From the NCBI GenBank assembly GCA_963800135.1, contig CAWCZR010000009.1:417245-481244 (forward strand): DNA of 64,000 nucleotides, read 5' to 3'. Positions 19,228 through 29,542 of the stretch are shown one piece after another (within the stretch, counting starts at the first letter, position 1; each line of letters starts with the position of its first letter). This DNA comes from an uncultured Planctomycetaceae bacterium (GTDB taxonomy: Bacteria > Planctomycetota > Planctomycetia > Planctomycetales > Planctomycetaceae). A program made the position numbers and the translations under genes. The notes beneath the pieces are model-generated. The model was not told the origin of the DNA, did no database searches, and worked only from the letters and a program-made list of their open reading frames with translations.

Positions 19228-20253
19228 TCAAGTCGTGACGGGCGGCAAATCGGGTTCGGGCGCCGGTCGGGGCTTCATTTTCAGCGCCGCGACGTCCGGA
19301 AACCTGGCGCCCCGCATCCCGAAGCCAATGCCAATCGTGAGCAGCAGCACGATCACCACGCAGAGCACGCTGCCTTCCGGGCCGGCCGAGCCGCCGGTGA
19401 GCCAACGCGACCCGGAGACGTCGGCCGTGAGAAATCGATCGTGGGCCAGAAATCCGCTGTCCGTAGTCCCGTAGAAAAACGACTCGGCCCAGTTGTAGGC
19501 AGCATGAAAGCCGATCGGCATCCACAGGTTGCCGGTGCGTCGCAGCAGGACACAAAACAGAAAGCCGAAGACGCCGGTCGAAAAGCAGCCGAACGCCGTC
19601 TCGCCGTGGTTGCCCGCGTGCAAGAGGCCGAAGATCGCGGACGAGACCAGAGCCGCCGGCCAGAATCCGAAGCCCGTGGTGAGCGTGAACAACAGATAGC
19701 CGCGGCACGTCAACTCCTCGAACATTGCACCGAACACGAAGGTGATTGCGGCAAACGTCGCATAAGTCGCCAGCGCCTGTCCTTGCACCGTCCCTTTCGA
19801 GAACGCGATCACGCCCGCCACGTGCATGGCGGCAACCACCATCGTCATCGTCACGAGGCCAAAGACCGCTCCCAGCCAGAATCGTCGGCCCAGGCATTGG
19901 CGCAACGGCAAGCCATAATCGGCCAGATCGCGCTTCTCAATGATTGCCATTACCGCCGTCGTGAGGAAAATAATGCTGGCCGTGATCAGATCATTGAGAA
20001 TCGGGACCGAGTCCGGAATGCTCCCCCGTCGGCGAAGGACGAAGACAAACACTTCGACGGCCACAAAGAGAGGAATCAGGACCAGCAGGAAAATCACCAA
20101 CCGCCAACCGGTGCGCAGCTCGGCGGAGTTGAAGAAGATGCTATGCACGGGGCCGGGAGGCGGCTTCTCGATGGCACTGATCGAAGCGTCGGCAGACAAA
20201 GCGACCTCGCGATTCAAGAGTCTCTGATGGGCCAAACCGCGAAGACCACACAC
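19228..20253 (-). CDS. CPBP-family intramembrane glutamic endopeptidase (CAAX protease / Abi family)
   Basis: Family motifs are present: FGAMFEELTCRGYLL (EExxxR), SSAIFGLLHAGN (FxxxH) and IGFHAAYNW (HxxxN/D). Confidence 0.8.
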   Translation of the reverse strand: MCGLRGLAHQRLLNREVALSADASISAIEKPPPGPVHSIFFNSAELRTGWRLVIFLLVLIPLFVAVEVFVFVLRRRGSIPDSVPILNDLITASIIFLTTAVMAIIEKRDLADYGLPLRQCLGRRFWLGAVFGLVTMTMVVAAMHVAGVIAFSKGTVQGQALATYATFAAITFVFGAMFEELTCRGYLLFTLTTGFGFWPAALVSSAIFGLLHAGNHGETAFGCFSTGVFGFLFCVLLRRTGNLWMPIGFHAAYNWAESFFYGTTDSGFLAHDRFLTADVSGSRWLTGGSAGPEGSVLCVVIVLLLTIGIGFGMRGARFPDVAALKMKPRPAPEPDLPPVTT

Positions 20254-20362
20254 TTCAAGAGGGTACTCGCAACCGTGGCGATCATCTTACCGAGAATTTT
20301 GCATAGAATTCAGTAAAGGGTTTCGATGGGGCTCCGCCGCGACTGACTTAGCAGATATCTCT

Positions 20363-20779
20363 ATGCGTGACGTCATCTCTCAAGTCCTTTGGATTGGCAA
20401 TGCGCGTGACGCTCGGGAAATCTCTCGACTGCTCAATCTCGGGGTTGCCGCCGTCGTCGACTTGGCGTTGGAAGAAGCGCCCATCGTTTTTCCGAGAGAC
20501 GTGGTCTATTGCCGATTTCCGCTGGTTGACGGCTCGGGGAATTCCCATACTTTGCTCAAAGCCGCAGTTGAAACCGCGGCAATTCTCATTCGAGAAAAGG
20601 TCCCGACGCTCGTTGCGTGCAGCGGCGGCATGAGTCGCTCGCCGGCTGTCGTCGCGGCCGCGCTCGCACGAGTCGAGCAAACCGATCCTCACAAGGAATT
20701 ACTGCGAGTCGCGGGAACGGGTCCACATGATGTCTCTCCCGCTTTCTGGGCCGAGTTGACCGAGGCATGCGCCGACTGA
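20363..20779 (+). CDS. Dual-specificity/protein-tyrosine phosphatase-like protein
   Basis: CX5R(S/T) P-loop VACSGGMSRS, with fold-typical upstream VVDLALEE..RFPLVDG. Confidence 0.75.
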   Translation: MRDVISQVLWIGNARDAREISRLLNLGVAAVVDLALEEAPIVFPRDVVYCRFPLVDGSGNSHTLLKAAVETAAILIREKVPTLVACSGGMSRSPAVVAAALARVEQTDPHKELLRVAGTGPHDVSPAFWAELTEACAD

Positions 20780-20827
20780 CCGCGCGACAACAGGCCGGGT
20801 GGCGAACGTCAGCAACGGAGAGTTCAA

Positions 20828-21223
20828 ATGGCGCGCGACGCCAAATCGGGAAAAGGCTACGCCGAGCCGCGCGAACAGTTGATCGTCGAGCTCTACGTGC
20901 GGAACCTGAAGCAGTCGATCCCGTTTTACGTCGAGCTCGGATTCACGATCTGTCGCGAGGAGCCGGGGTTTGTGGAGCTGGGCTGGGACGATTCGCGATT
21001 GTATCTCGAGCAGATTCCCGCCCAACCCGACCCGCCCAAGACGCTGGTTGCCAACATCCGCATCCTGGTGCCGGATGTCGATCGCTTCTGGTCGAAGTGC
21101 GGCGAAATGAACCTGGCGGTGGTCAAGGAAATCGCCGACCGCGACTACGGTCTCCGCGATTTCACAGTCGTTTCGCCCGACGGAATCGGGCTGCGGTTTG
21201 CCTCGCGGTTGCCGGGCCGGTGA
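20828..21223 (+). CDS. VOC-family (glyoxalase/bleomycin-resistance fold) protein
   Basis: 131 aa with LIVELYVRNLKQSIPFYVELGF...YGLRDFTVVSPDGIGLRFA, typical of VOC domains. Confidence 0.75.
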   Translation: MARDAKSGKGYAEPREQLIVELYVRNLKQSIPFYVELGFTICREEPGFVELGWDDSRLYLEQIPAQPDPPKTLVANIRILVPDVDRFWSKCGEMNLAVVKEIADRDYGLRDFTVVSPDGIGLRFASRLPGR

Positions 21224-21260
21224 CCGATCGCCAACGGGTCGCCGTGGGAGCCGGCCGCGC

Positions 21261-21291
21261 AACAAAAAGCCCGGACGCGATCGCGCCCGGC
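21261..21291 (-). terminator. Intrinsic terminator downstream of tRNA-Gln
   Basis: The minus strand reads GCCGGGCGCGATCGCGTCCGGGC followed by TTTTTGTTG, a GC-rich hairpin plus T-run immediately 3' of the tRNA. Confidence 0.5.
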
Positions 21292-21295
21292 GAAA

Positions 21296-21366
21296 TAATC
21301 CCGCTAGGATTTGAACCTAGACTGATAGATCCAGAGTCTATCGTGCTACCGTTACACCACGGGATT
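21296..21366 (-). tRNA. tRNA-Gln (anticodon CUG)
   Basis: Hand-folded cloverleaf: acceptor AATCCCG/CGGGATT, D arm GTGT-AACGGTA-GCAC, anticodon arm ATAGA-CTCTGGA-TCTAT (C34 U35 G36), variable CAGT, T arm CTAGG-TTCAAAT-CCTAG, discriminator A. No CCA is encoded. Confidence 0.9.
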
Positions 21367-21454
21367 GCGGGCGCGAATTTAGCTGATTTCCGCGAAGGCT
21401 GCAAACGGAGGAAGACCGTGTGCCTGCGTTCGCTTGCAGTAAACTTCTCACACC

Positions 21455-22081
21455 CTACGTCGCTCCGCGAAGCAGCCGGACGAGCTGCGGAATCAGCCGC
21501 TCGAAGGCGCGGCCGCGGTGGCTCAGGCGGCGCTTCACCGCGGGACTCAGTTCGCCGAATGCGCGGTGATATTCGGGAATCAAGAAGTACGGATCGTAGC
21601 CGAAGCCGTTGGTGCCCCGGGCCTCGCGCGTGATGCGGCCGCGGCAATAGGCTTCGACCTGCAGCACGATTTTTCCCGACGGGTCGGCCAGCGCCGCGTT
21701 GCAGACGTAGCGGGCATTTCGCCGCTCTTCAGGGACCGCGGCCAGCTCGCTCAGCAGTTTGGCGTTGTTGGATTCGTCGGTGGCCTCCGGTCCGCTGAAG
21801 CGGGCCGAGTAAATGCCCGGAGCTCCGGCCAGCGCCGCGACTTCCAGGCCACTGTCTTCGCCGAGCGTCCAATGGGCGACGGCGCGGGCCGTCTCGGCAG
21901 CTTTTTTGGCGGCGTTGGCGGCAAACGTGCTGCCGTCCTCCGCCACGTCGGGCACGTGGGGGAAATCGGCAACGCCCAGCACCTCAATCCCGTGCGGGGC
22001 CAACAGGTCGCGGATTTCCGCCGCCTTCTTGCGGTTGCGACTGGCGATCACCAAACGCGGCACAGCTCCCGAAACACTCAT
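21455..22081 (-). CDS. rdgB: Non-canonical purine NTP pyrophosphatase (dITP/XTP pyrophosphatase, RdgB/HAM1 family)
   Basis: LVIASRNRKKAAEI, EDSGLEVAALAGAPGIYSARF, GFGYDPYF. I set the start at ATG 22081 (MSVSGAVPRLVIAS). Confidence 0.9.
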   Translation of the reverse strand: MSVSGAVPRLVIASRNRKKAAEIRDLLAPHGIEVLGVADFPHVPDVAEDGSTFAANAAKKAAETARAVAHWTLGEDSGLEVAALAGAPGIYSARFSGPEATDESNNAKLLSELAAVPEERRNARYVCNAALADPSGKIVLQVEAYCRGRITREARGTNGFGYDPYFLIPEYHRAFGELSPAVKRRLSHRGRAFERLIPQLVRLLRGAT

Positions 22082-22182
22082 GTCGCTGAGTGTTTCGGGC
22101 CGCACGGACGATGTCAACGATCGCCGCGAACAGACACAAGAACGGACATCGGACCGGACAGAAACGGCCGTTGTTCGGGCCG

Positions 22183-23310
22183 CTACTTCGGCACGTCGAT
22201 CAGCTCAGGATACGCGTCGAAGATAAACGTTTTCACCGACTTGTCGCTGGGACGCGGGTGACGCGGATCGACACGCGGAACGGTAAACGGCTCGGCCGCA
22301 ATCGTCGGCGTGCCGTCGGTTTTGACCTGCGTCACCTTGCCGCCGAAGAAGTTCTGCAGCGACGCGATCCGCGGATCGTCCTTCGCGTCGAACGAGCCGA
22401 CCGTGACGATCGAGGAATAGCGGTCGTGATAGACATAGGACTCGAATTCCCGGTCATAGCCCAGCGAGCGGGCGTGACGCAGGGCCGTGCACAATTCCCA
22501 GGCGCGTTCGGCGGCGTCGCTCAGGGGGGGATTGGTCAGCTCGAACTTGTGATCGTCCGGAGTTTCCTTGCTGAACTGCGTGTAGAACCGTCCCTGAAAC
22601 GTGGCGATGACGACGGTGTAACGACCCGGATTGCTCAGCAGCGAGTAATCGCCGCCCGAATTCAGCTTGACGATGAACGGATCGCGGCGGCGCACCGCCA
22701 GCTCTTCGTCGGACAAGAGCGGATTGGTGGTCATGAAGGCGCCGCTCAACGGTTTGGGGCGGTCCTTGGTTGTGCGGAAGATGCCACCACTCTTGGAGCG
22801 CTTGATCTCGCCCCCCAGCGTGGCCGGCTTGGCCGCTTCCACATCGGAGAGGAAGTCCGGCTGAAACTCCTTGATGAAATGCAGGGTGTCCTGGGCCACC
22901 TTGTCGTTGGCGCTCGGATAGTTGCCGGCCAGCACGCAGATGCCCCCCGTCCAGTTGCGGACGCGGGCCTTTTGCGGCGTCATTGTGCGGCGGCCGATCA
23001 CTTGCACCTCCTCGTCGACCTCTTCCTGCCGGAAGACGTAGGACGGAATATGGTGCAGTCGGAGCTCGTAGACCAATTGTTGGGCGGCCTGTTCGGGCGA
23101 CAGCCCCTCGCCGCGGCGATCATCCGGCGGCTCGATGAAGCTGGCCACCATGATCATCCACGGGCCATGCCGCTTCGTCAGCTTATAGTGCTTGCCCCTG
23201 ACGGCCTCGATCGTCGAGGCGGCCCGGGACGAGGCACACGCAAGCGCAAGACCGGCGAAAACTGCCAGAACGACCGCGAGGCGACTTTTGCTCCGCACGA
23301 CAGACTCCAT
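22183..23310 (-). CDS. Secreted hypothetical protein
   Basis: 375 aa with signal peptide MESVVRSKSRLAVVLAVFAGLALACASS. Composition is non-repetitive and coding-like. No motif recognised. Confidence 0.6.
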   Translation of the reverse strand: MESVVRSKSRLAVVLAVFAGLALACASSRAASTIEAVRGKHYKLTKRHGPWMIMVASFIEPPDDRRGEGLSPEQAAQQLVYELRLHHIPSYVFRQEEVDEEVQVIGRRTMTPQKARVRNWTGGICVLAGNYPSANDKVAQDTLHFIKEFQPDFLSDVEAAKPATLGGEIKRSKSGGIFRTTKDRPKPLSGAFMTTNPLLSDEELAVRRRDPFIVKLNSGGDYSLLSNPGRYTVVIATFQGRFYTQFSKETPDDHKFELTNPPLSDAAERAWELCTALRHARSLGYDREFESYVYHDRYSSIVTVGSFDAKDDPRIASLQNFFGGKVTQVKTDGTPTIAAEPFTVPRVDPRHPRPSDKSVKTFIFDAYPELIDVPK

Positions 23311-23369
23311 TCTGAAATGCGTTTTGGCCCGGGGATGGCGGGACGCAACAGGCGATTGAGACGGGAATT

Positions 23370-23455
23370 TTCGAGTTCGAACCGGATTGGTTCGAGTGAA
23401 AAGCCGGGATTAGTTCGAGTGAAAGGGTGACAGATTCGAGTGAGAGCCGGATTGG
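23370..23455. repeat. Four tandem ~21-23 bp direct repeats (TTCGAGTGArAGCCGGATTGG-like)
   Basis: Units start at 23370, 23391, 23414 and 23435. They lie between the rph stop and the start of the 22183-23310 gene. Confidence 0.75.
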
Positions 23456-23465
23456 GCCGCGGATG

Positions 23466-24215
23466 CTAACAATTCGTCCGAATCTCGTCCAGAGGCCATT
23501 TTTCACTCAAGATTTCCCGTTGCCGTGCCGTCAGCTGGGCGATGGCCTTCCGGGCCGCCTGCACCTGCCGCTCGAGCAAATCCGGGGAAAACGGGCGTCC
23601 CTCGGCCGTCCCCTGCACCTCGATGAAGTCGCCGGCTCCGGTCATCACCACATTGAAATCGACCTCGGCCCGCACGTCTTCGGAATAGTCCAGGTCGACC
23701 AGCACCGCTCCATCAACGACGCCGACACTGATCGCCGCCACGCTGTTGACGATCGGCAGTCGGCCGCCGGCGAATTTGTCGCCGATCGAATCGAGCGCGT
23801 CGACCAACGCCAAAAAGCCGCCGGTGATGCTCGCCGTTCGCGTGCCGCCGTCGGCTTCCAGGACGTCGCAATCGACGGTCACGGTTCGCGGCCCCAGCGC
23901 CGCCATGTCGACCGCCGCCCGCAGGCTGCGGCCCACCAGCCGCTGAATTTCCTGGCTGCGACCGTCGATTTGTCCGCGCTCCCGCTTTTTGCGCGGGGCC
24001 GTGCTGCCGGGGAGCATGCTGTATTCGGCGGTCACCCAGCCGGTGGGGTTTTCTTCTTTGGCTTTCCAGGGAGGAACGCCTTCGTCGACGCTGGCCGTAC
24101 ACAAGACCGTGGTGCGGCCCGCCTGAATCAGCACGCTGCCGGGCGCTCCGCCCGTGAAGTGCCGCCGCACGGTGAGCGGCCGCAGCGCGTCGGGCCCGCG
24201 GCCGTCACGTCGCAT
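23466..24215 (-). CDS. rph: Ribonuclease PH
   Basis: [66 protein letters not shown]. Full length, 249 aa. Confidence 0.95.
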   Translation of the reverse strand: MRRDGRGPDALRPLTVRRHFTGGAPGSVLIQAGRTTVLCTASVDEGVPPWKAKEENPTGWVTAEYSMLPGSTAPRKKRERGQIDGRSQEIQRLVGRSLRAAVDMAALGPRTVTVDCDVLEADGGTRTASITGGFLALVDALDSIGDKFAGGRLPIVNSVAAISVGVVDGAVLVDLDYSEDVRAEVDFNVVMTGAGDFIEVQGTAEGRPFSPDLLERQVQAARKAIAQLTARQREILSEKWPLDEIRTNC

Positions 24216-25375
24216 GATCGGCGCCTCCGAGCAGCCAGACCAAGAGCCCCTTGGCGAGGTGCATCCGGTTTTCCGCCTGTTGAAAGACGATGCTCTGCGG
24301 CCCGTCCAGCACCTCGTCGGTGACTTCCAGGCCGCGTTTGGCCGGCAAGTCGTGCATGAAACGGGCCGACTTAGGAGCCGCCGCCATCAGCGCGGCATTC
24401 ACCTGGAACGGCGCGAAGATCTTTTCCCGCGCCGCGGCCTCCGTTTCCTGCCCCATGCTGGCCCAGACGTCGGTGTAGACGATGTCGGCCTGTTTGACGG
24501 CGAGAAAGGGATCGTCGACGAGTTCGACGTCGGCCGTCGGAAAACGCCGCCGCATCTCCCGCAGAAACGTCGTCGACAACTCGTAGCCGCGCGGCGAGCA
24601 AAACGTAATGGGCATCTTGGCGTAGGCGGCCGCCATCGCCAGCGACGCGGCCACGTTGTTGCCGTCGCCGACGTACACAATCCGCACACCGGCCAGCCGT
24701 CCGCAGGCTTCCTGGATCGTGAACAAATCGGTAAGGGCCTGGCACGGATGCAGCTCGTCCGACAGCCCGTTGACCACCGGGCAGCTGGCGAGCCGGGCAA
24801 ACTCTTCGATCAGCGACTGCCGAAACGTCCGCATCACGATGGCGTCGGAATACGCGCTCGAACACGCGGGCGACGTCGGCCAATGATTCGCGGCCGTTGA
24901 GTCCGGCATCCTGCGTGCTAAGAAAGACGCTGCCCCCGCCGAGCTGGATCGCCGCCGCTTCGAAGCTGTTGCGGGTCCGCAGCGAAGGCTTTTCAAAAAC
25001 GAGCGTTAGCACGCGCCCCTGCAACAGAGGCGGACGATCGCCGCGGGCGTGCCGCCCCTTCAAATCGGCCGCGATCGCCAGGATGGCTTCGACGTCATTG
25101 GGCGCCAGGTCGAAGACCGAGGTGAGGTGCCGCGGCCGACCCGACTCGCGCGCGTTCGCCGCCGCACTCTTCCCTTTGGATTTGCGGCCCGCCGCGCTCG
25201 TCGGCGTGTGCGCGGCTTGAACCGTGGACTTCCGCAGCCGCGAGCTTTGGCCATTCGTTCCGGGTGCGTGGCTGGCCGAGGGCTTCGCCTGTCGCAGACG
25301 GTTTGCCGCGGCCGACTTGCCTGAGTCTGACTTACCAGTTTCCGATTTTCCCGGGCGGGGTCGATCAGCTTTCAT
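24205..25375 (-). CDS. argF: Ornithine carbamoyltransferase with one apparent +1 frame break and an ~85-aa basic N-terminal extension
   Basis: Frame A carries [14 protein letters not shown]...[11 protein letters not shown]. Frame B carries [44 protein letters not shown]. The frames join at about 24859-24866, and length minus 1 nt is divisible by 3. Confidence 0.85.
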
Positions 25376-26567
25376 CGGCGATCTCCCGCAGGACTTCGGC
25401 GATCGCCTCGCATCCCTGGTCGACCTGCTCTTCCGTGATATTCATCGCCGGCAACAACCGCACAACGGTGTCGTGCGTGACGTTCAGCAGCACGCCGCGT
25501 TGCATCGCTTTTTGTACGGCCGCGACGGCCGGAACGTTCAGCTCGATGCCGATCATCATGCCGCGGATCCGCAGATCGCGAATCAACGGCAGCTCGCTCT
25601 GCAGGGCTTCGAAACGCGTGCGGAACCGCTCCGACATGCGGCGGCAATTGTCGAGCAGCCCTTCTTCTTCGATCATCCGCACCGCTGCACAACCGGCCGC
25701 CATCGCCAGCGGGTTGCCGCCGAACGTGCTGGCGTGCGTGCCCGGTCGCAGGCTCTTGGCAATTTCGGGGCGGGCGATCATCGCTCCGCAGGCGACGCCG
25801 CCGGCAAGTCCCTTGGCGAGCGTCATGATGTCGGGCTGCACGGGCGTCTGTTGATAGGCGAACCAGCTTCCCGTGCGGCCCATGCCGGTCTGCACTTCGT
25901 CGAAGATCAGCGAACAGCGATGCTCGTCCGCCAACTGCCGCAGTCCGACGAGGAACTCGTCCTCGGCAATGTGAATGCCCCCTTCGCCCTGCACCGGCTC
26001 GAGTAAGAAGCCGCACGTCTCGTCGTCGATGAGATCCTTCACCGCGTCGAGATCGTTGAGCGGAGCGTAGCGGAAGCCGGCGACCAGCGGGCCGAGCCCC
26101 TCGTGATACTTGGGCTGCGCCGTCGCGGTGAGGGCGCCGAGCGTCCGGCCGTGAAAGCTATTTTCGAACGTGATGATCTTGTAGCGTCCCTCGCCGTGCA
26201 GCCGCGCCAGCTTGATCGCCGCCTCGACCGCCTCCGCTCCGCTGTTGCAGAAAAAGGCCTGGCCGAAACCCCGCGTGCACAGCAGCTCGGCGAACTCGCC
26301 CTGGGCCTCCGTGTACCACGTGTTGGGGACGTGAATCAGCTCGGCCACCTGGGACTGAATGGCACGCACAATAGCCGGCGGCGAGTACCCGAGGATGTTG
26401 CAGCCCCAGCCGGGAAACAGATCGAGATAGCGATTCCCTTCGGCATCCCAAACGTACGAGCCCTCGCCCCGCACCAGGCAGATGGGGAACCGCTTGTAGT
26501 TCGGAATCACGAAGCGGTCGAATTGTTCGATCGTTTGGGCACTCGTCGCCGTGGTGGCACGACTCAT
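25365..26567 (-). CDS. argD: Acetylornithine aminotransferase (class III PLP aminotransferase)
   Basis: [62 protein letters not shown]-lysine context [12 protein letters not shown]. Confidence 0.9.
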   Translation of the reverse strand: MSRATTATSAQTIEQFDRFVIPNYKRFPICLVRGEGSYVWDAEGNRYLDLFPGWGCNILGYSPPAIVRAIQSQVAELIHVPNTWYTEAQGEFAELLCTRGFGQAFFCNSGAEAVEAAIKLARLHGEGRYKIITFENSFHGRTLGALTATAQPKYHEGLGPLVAGFRYAPLNDLDAVKDLIDDETCGFLLEPVQGEGGIHIAEDEFLVGLRQLADEHRCSLIFDEVQTGMGRTGSWFAYQQTPVQPDIMTLAKGLAGGVACGAMIARPEIAKSLRPGTHASTFGGNPLAMAAGCAAVRMIEEEGLLDNCRRMSERFRTRFEALQSELPLIRDLRIRGMMIGIELNVPAVAAVQKAMQRGVLLNVTHDTVVRLLPAMNITEEQVDQGCEAIAEVLREIADES

Positions 26568-26661
26568 TTTTGCATCCTTACCGGTGGGCGATTTTCATCG
26601 GCGGGTCAGGTGGCCAGCGTCGGAGCTGCCGCGTCACGTGACCGGAGGCTGCCCCGCAGAT

Positions 26662-27537
26662 TCAGGGAACGATCTCCGTCCCCACGCCCGAATCGGAATA
26701 AAACTCCAACAGCACCGCATGAGGCATGGCGGCATCTACAATGTGGACTTTTCGCACGCCGCTCCGCAAGGCCTCGAGCGCCGCCTCGACCTTCGGCACC
26801 ATGCCCGCGTCGATCACCCCTTCGACAATCAAACCGCGGCAAAGGCTCGCGGGCAGATGCGAAATCAAGGTCGACGGGTCGCGGCGATCGCGAAAGATAC
26901 CCGGCACGTCGCTCAAAAAGACCAGTTTTTCCGCCCCCAACAACCGAGCGACCGCCGCGGCGGCCGTATCGGCATTCACGTTGAGCTTTTGCCCGTCCGA
27001 GTCGAGCGCGATCGACGGGATGACCGGAACGGCCCCGGCCGCCAGGGCCTCTTCAATCGGGCCGCGGTCGAGGTCGATCACTTCGCCGACCCGCCCCAAA
27101 TCGACGGGCCGTCCGCCATCTCCGTTGAGCAGGAGCTTCCGGCCGATGAGGCAGTTTTTCCCCAGGTAGCTAAGGCCCACGGCGTCGGCCTGCTGCTGCT
27201 TGATCTCCGCAACGAGCGAGCCGCAGATTTCGCCCGCCAGGGTCTGGGCCACGATCTCGAGGGTGCGCTCGTCGGTAAACCGCCGTCCGTTGACGAACTT
27301 GGGCTCAATGCCGGCCGCGTTCATCGCCTGGGTGATCGACTTTCCGCCGCCATGCACCAGGACGGGTTTCATGCCGACGGCGGCCAGGAAAATCACGTCG
27401 GTGAGCACGCTGCGGACGGCGGCCGACTCCTCGAGGGCACTCCCCCCCAGCTTGATGACGACGTAGCGGTCCCGAAACTGGCGAATCCAACCCAGCGCTT
27501 CGACCAAAACGTCGGCTTTGCGAATGGCCTCGTTCAA
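26662..27537 (-). CDS. argB: Acetylglutamate kinase
   Basis: [34 protein letters not shown]. The start is uncertain. I use TTG 27537 (292 aa) because the 614-aa ORF extension is antisense to the sulfatase gene. Confidence 0.8.
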   Translation of the reverse strand: MNEAIRKADVLVEALGWIRQFRDRYVVIKLGGSALEESAAVRSVLTDVIFLAAVGMKPVLVHGGGKSITQAMNAAGIEPKFVNGRRFTDERTLEIVAQTLAGEICGSLVAEIKQQQADAVGLSYLGKNCLIGRKLLLNGDGGRPVDLGRVGEVIDLDRGPIEEALAAGAVPVIPSIALDSDGQKLNVNADTAAAAVARLLGAEKLVFLSDVPGIFRDRRDPSTLISHLPASLCRGLIVEGVIDAGMVPKVEAALEALRSGVRKVHIVDAAMPHAVLLEFYSDSGVGTEIVP

Positions 27538-27864
27538 CCCCGACTCCGACCTGCCAGACTGTGGGCGACCTGCCCAGCCCTGTGCGATCTGGCGGAACTC
27601 TGCAACGCGGCTGACTTTCCGCGACTGACCTGAAAACGATCCAGACGGGGCGCCTGACCGCGTCTGCCCGAAGAGGGAAACCCCTGATTCTAAAGGGACT
27701 TGTGGGGAAGTCAACGAGCCGGGACTCAACCGACACGCGGGTGCCCGAGCCGGGGTTAAATGCCTTCGGGGGGGAGCACGTCGGCGCCGTCGGGCGGGCG
27801 CTGCGCTTCGTCCGTTCGCCCAGTAAGATATGGCTCCTCGTAACCTGAGGATTGGAGGCTCCGC

Positions 27865-29341
27865 ATGAAGATCGCATCGGTTATTGCGTCGCTCGTCCTG
27901 TTCGCCTCGCTGGTCGGCGTCGCCTCGGCCCAGCAAACGAAGGGCGTGCCGACCGTCCCGAAAGCGGCCGCCCCCACCTCTCGTCCCAACATTCTGGTGA
28001 TCGTCGCGGACGATCTCGGCTACGGCGAGCTCGGTTGCCAGGGGCACAAGGACATCCCGACGCCGCACATCGATTCGCTCGCCCAAAACGGCGTGCGGTT
28101 CACGTCGGGCTACGTTTCCTGTCCGGTCTGCAGTCCGACCCGCGCCGGTTTGATGACGGGCCGCTATCAGCAACGCTTCGGGCACGAGTTTAACCCAGGG
28201 CCCGTCGACGAGGCGGCCAACAACTTCGGCCTCGTCCGCGACGAAAAAACTCTCGCCGAACGGCTGAAGGCAGCCGGCTATGCGACCGGGATGGTCGGCA
28301 AATGGCACCTGGGCACCAAGGAAGGACTGCGGCCCCCCGAACGCGGTTTCAATGAGTTCTTCGGCTTCCTCGGCGGCGCCCACCCCTACCTCGGCGAGCG
28401 CCGGCGTCGCAACAACGAAGTCATGCGCGGCACCCATCGCGTCACGGAGCCCGCCTACCTGACCGACGCCTTCGGCCGTGAAGCCGTGGCGTTCATCGAT
28501 CATCACAAGACCGAGCCCTTCTTCTTATATCTGGCCTTCAACGCGGTGCACGCCCCGCTGCAGGCGACGGCCGACTACCGCAAGCGTTTCCCGCAGGTCA
28601 AAGACGAAAAGCGTCAGACATTTTCGGCCATGCTTTCGGCCATGGACGACGCGATCGGCCACGTGCTGGACACGCTGCACCAATCGCAGCTCGAAGAAAA
28701 GACGCTGATCTTTTTCATCAGCGACAACGGCGGCCCCACTCCGCAGACCACCTCGCGCAACGATCCCCTCCGCGGCACGAAGACCACCACCTGGGAAGGG
28801 GGCATCCGCATTCCCTACATCATCCAGTGGACAGGCCACGTGCCGGCGGGCAAAGTCGACGATCGACCCGTGATCGCGCTCGACATCCACCCGACGGCGC
28901 TCGCGGCCGCCGGCGTCACCGCCCAGCCGGAAAAGCCGCTCGACGGCGTCAACCTCCTGCCGTTTGTGAACGGAGCCGCGACGAGCGCGCCGCACGAAAT
29001 TCTCTTCTGGCGATTCGGCAACCAGATGGCCGTCCGCAAAGGCGATTGGAAGTTGACCCTGGCCGCTCCGCGTCCGCCCGCCGGTTCGCCGGCCGCCGCA
29101 CTGGAAGACGACCCGCGCCCGCGCCGGACGGCGTCGGCGGCCCGCCCGCGGCGCGACGGCCCAGCTGTTCAACCTCGCCCAAGACATCGGCGAGAGCAAA
29201 GACCTGTCGGCCGAGAATCCCGACAAGGTCAAAGAACTCAAAGACGCCTGGGACAAGTGGAACGCCGAACTAATGGCTCCGCGCTGGGGACGAGCCAACC
29301 CGAGTCCGCCCTCGCGCAGCCCAGCGCCACAATCGAACTGA
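27865..29341 (+). CDS. Arylsulfatase (formylglycine-dependent) with one apparent +1 frame break near the 3' end
   Basis: Signal peptide, then [16 protein letters not shown] and the FGly motif [12 protein letters not shown]. The native-looking C-terminus [43 protein letters not shown] is in the +1 frame from 29162 (stop 29339-29341). Confidence 0.85.
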
Positions 29342-29542
29342 TATTCTCGGCCGGCGCACACCAACCCGAAGCGTGAGCGAGGGCTCCGATCTTCTCTTCC
29401 CGACGCGCGACCACACCTTCGACCCGGCGCCTGATTGAGCCGCTGCGCTGACGCTCGAACCGTCGCACCGTACACTGGTCGAGTCGCCGCTGCGCACGTC
29501 TTTAGGGACGTGCGCCCGAGTCCCCTCGGAAAGAGAGCCCCC

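Noticed and set aside
27538-28506. N-terminal 320 aa of the 614-aa minus-strand ORF that ends as argB.
   Set aside because: Only the last ~292 aa are ArgB-like. The upstream part is low-complexity and antisense to a well-supported sulfatase gene.
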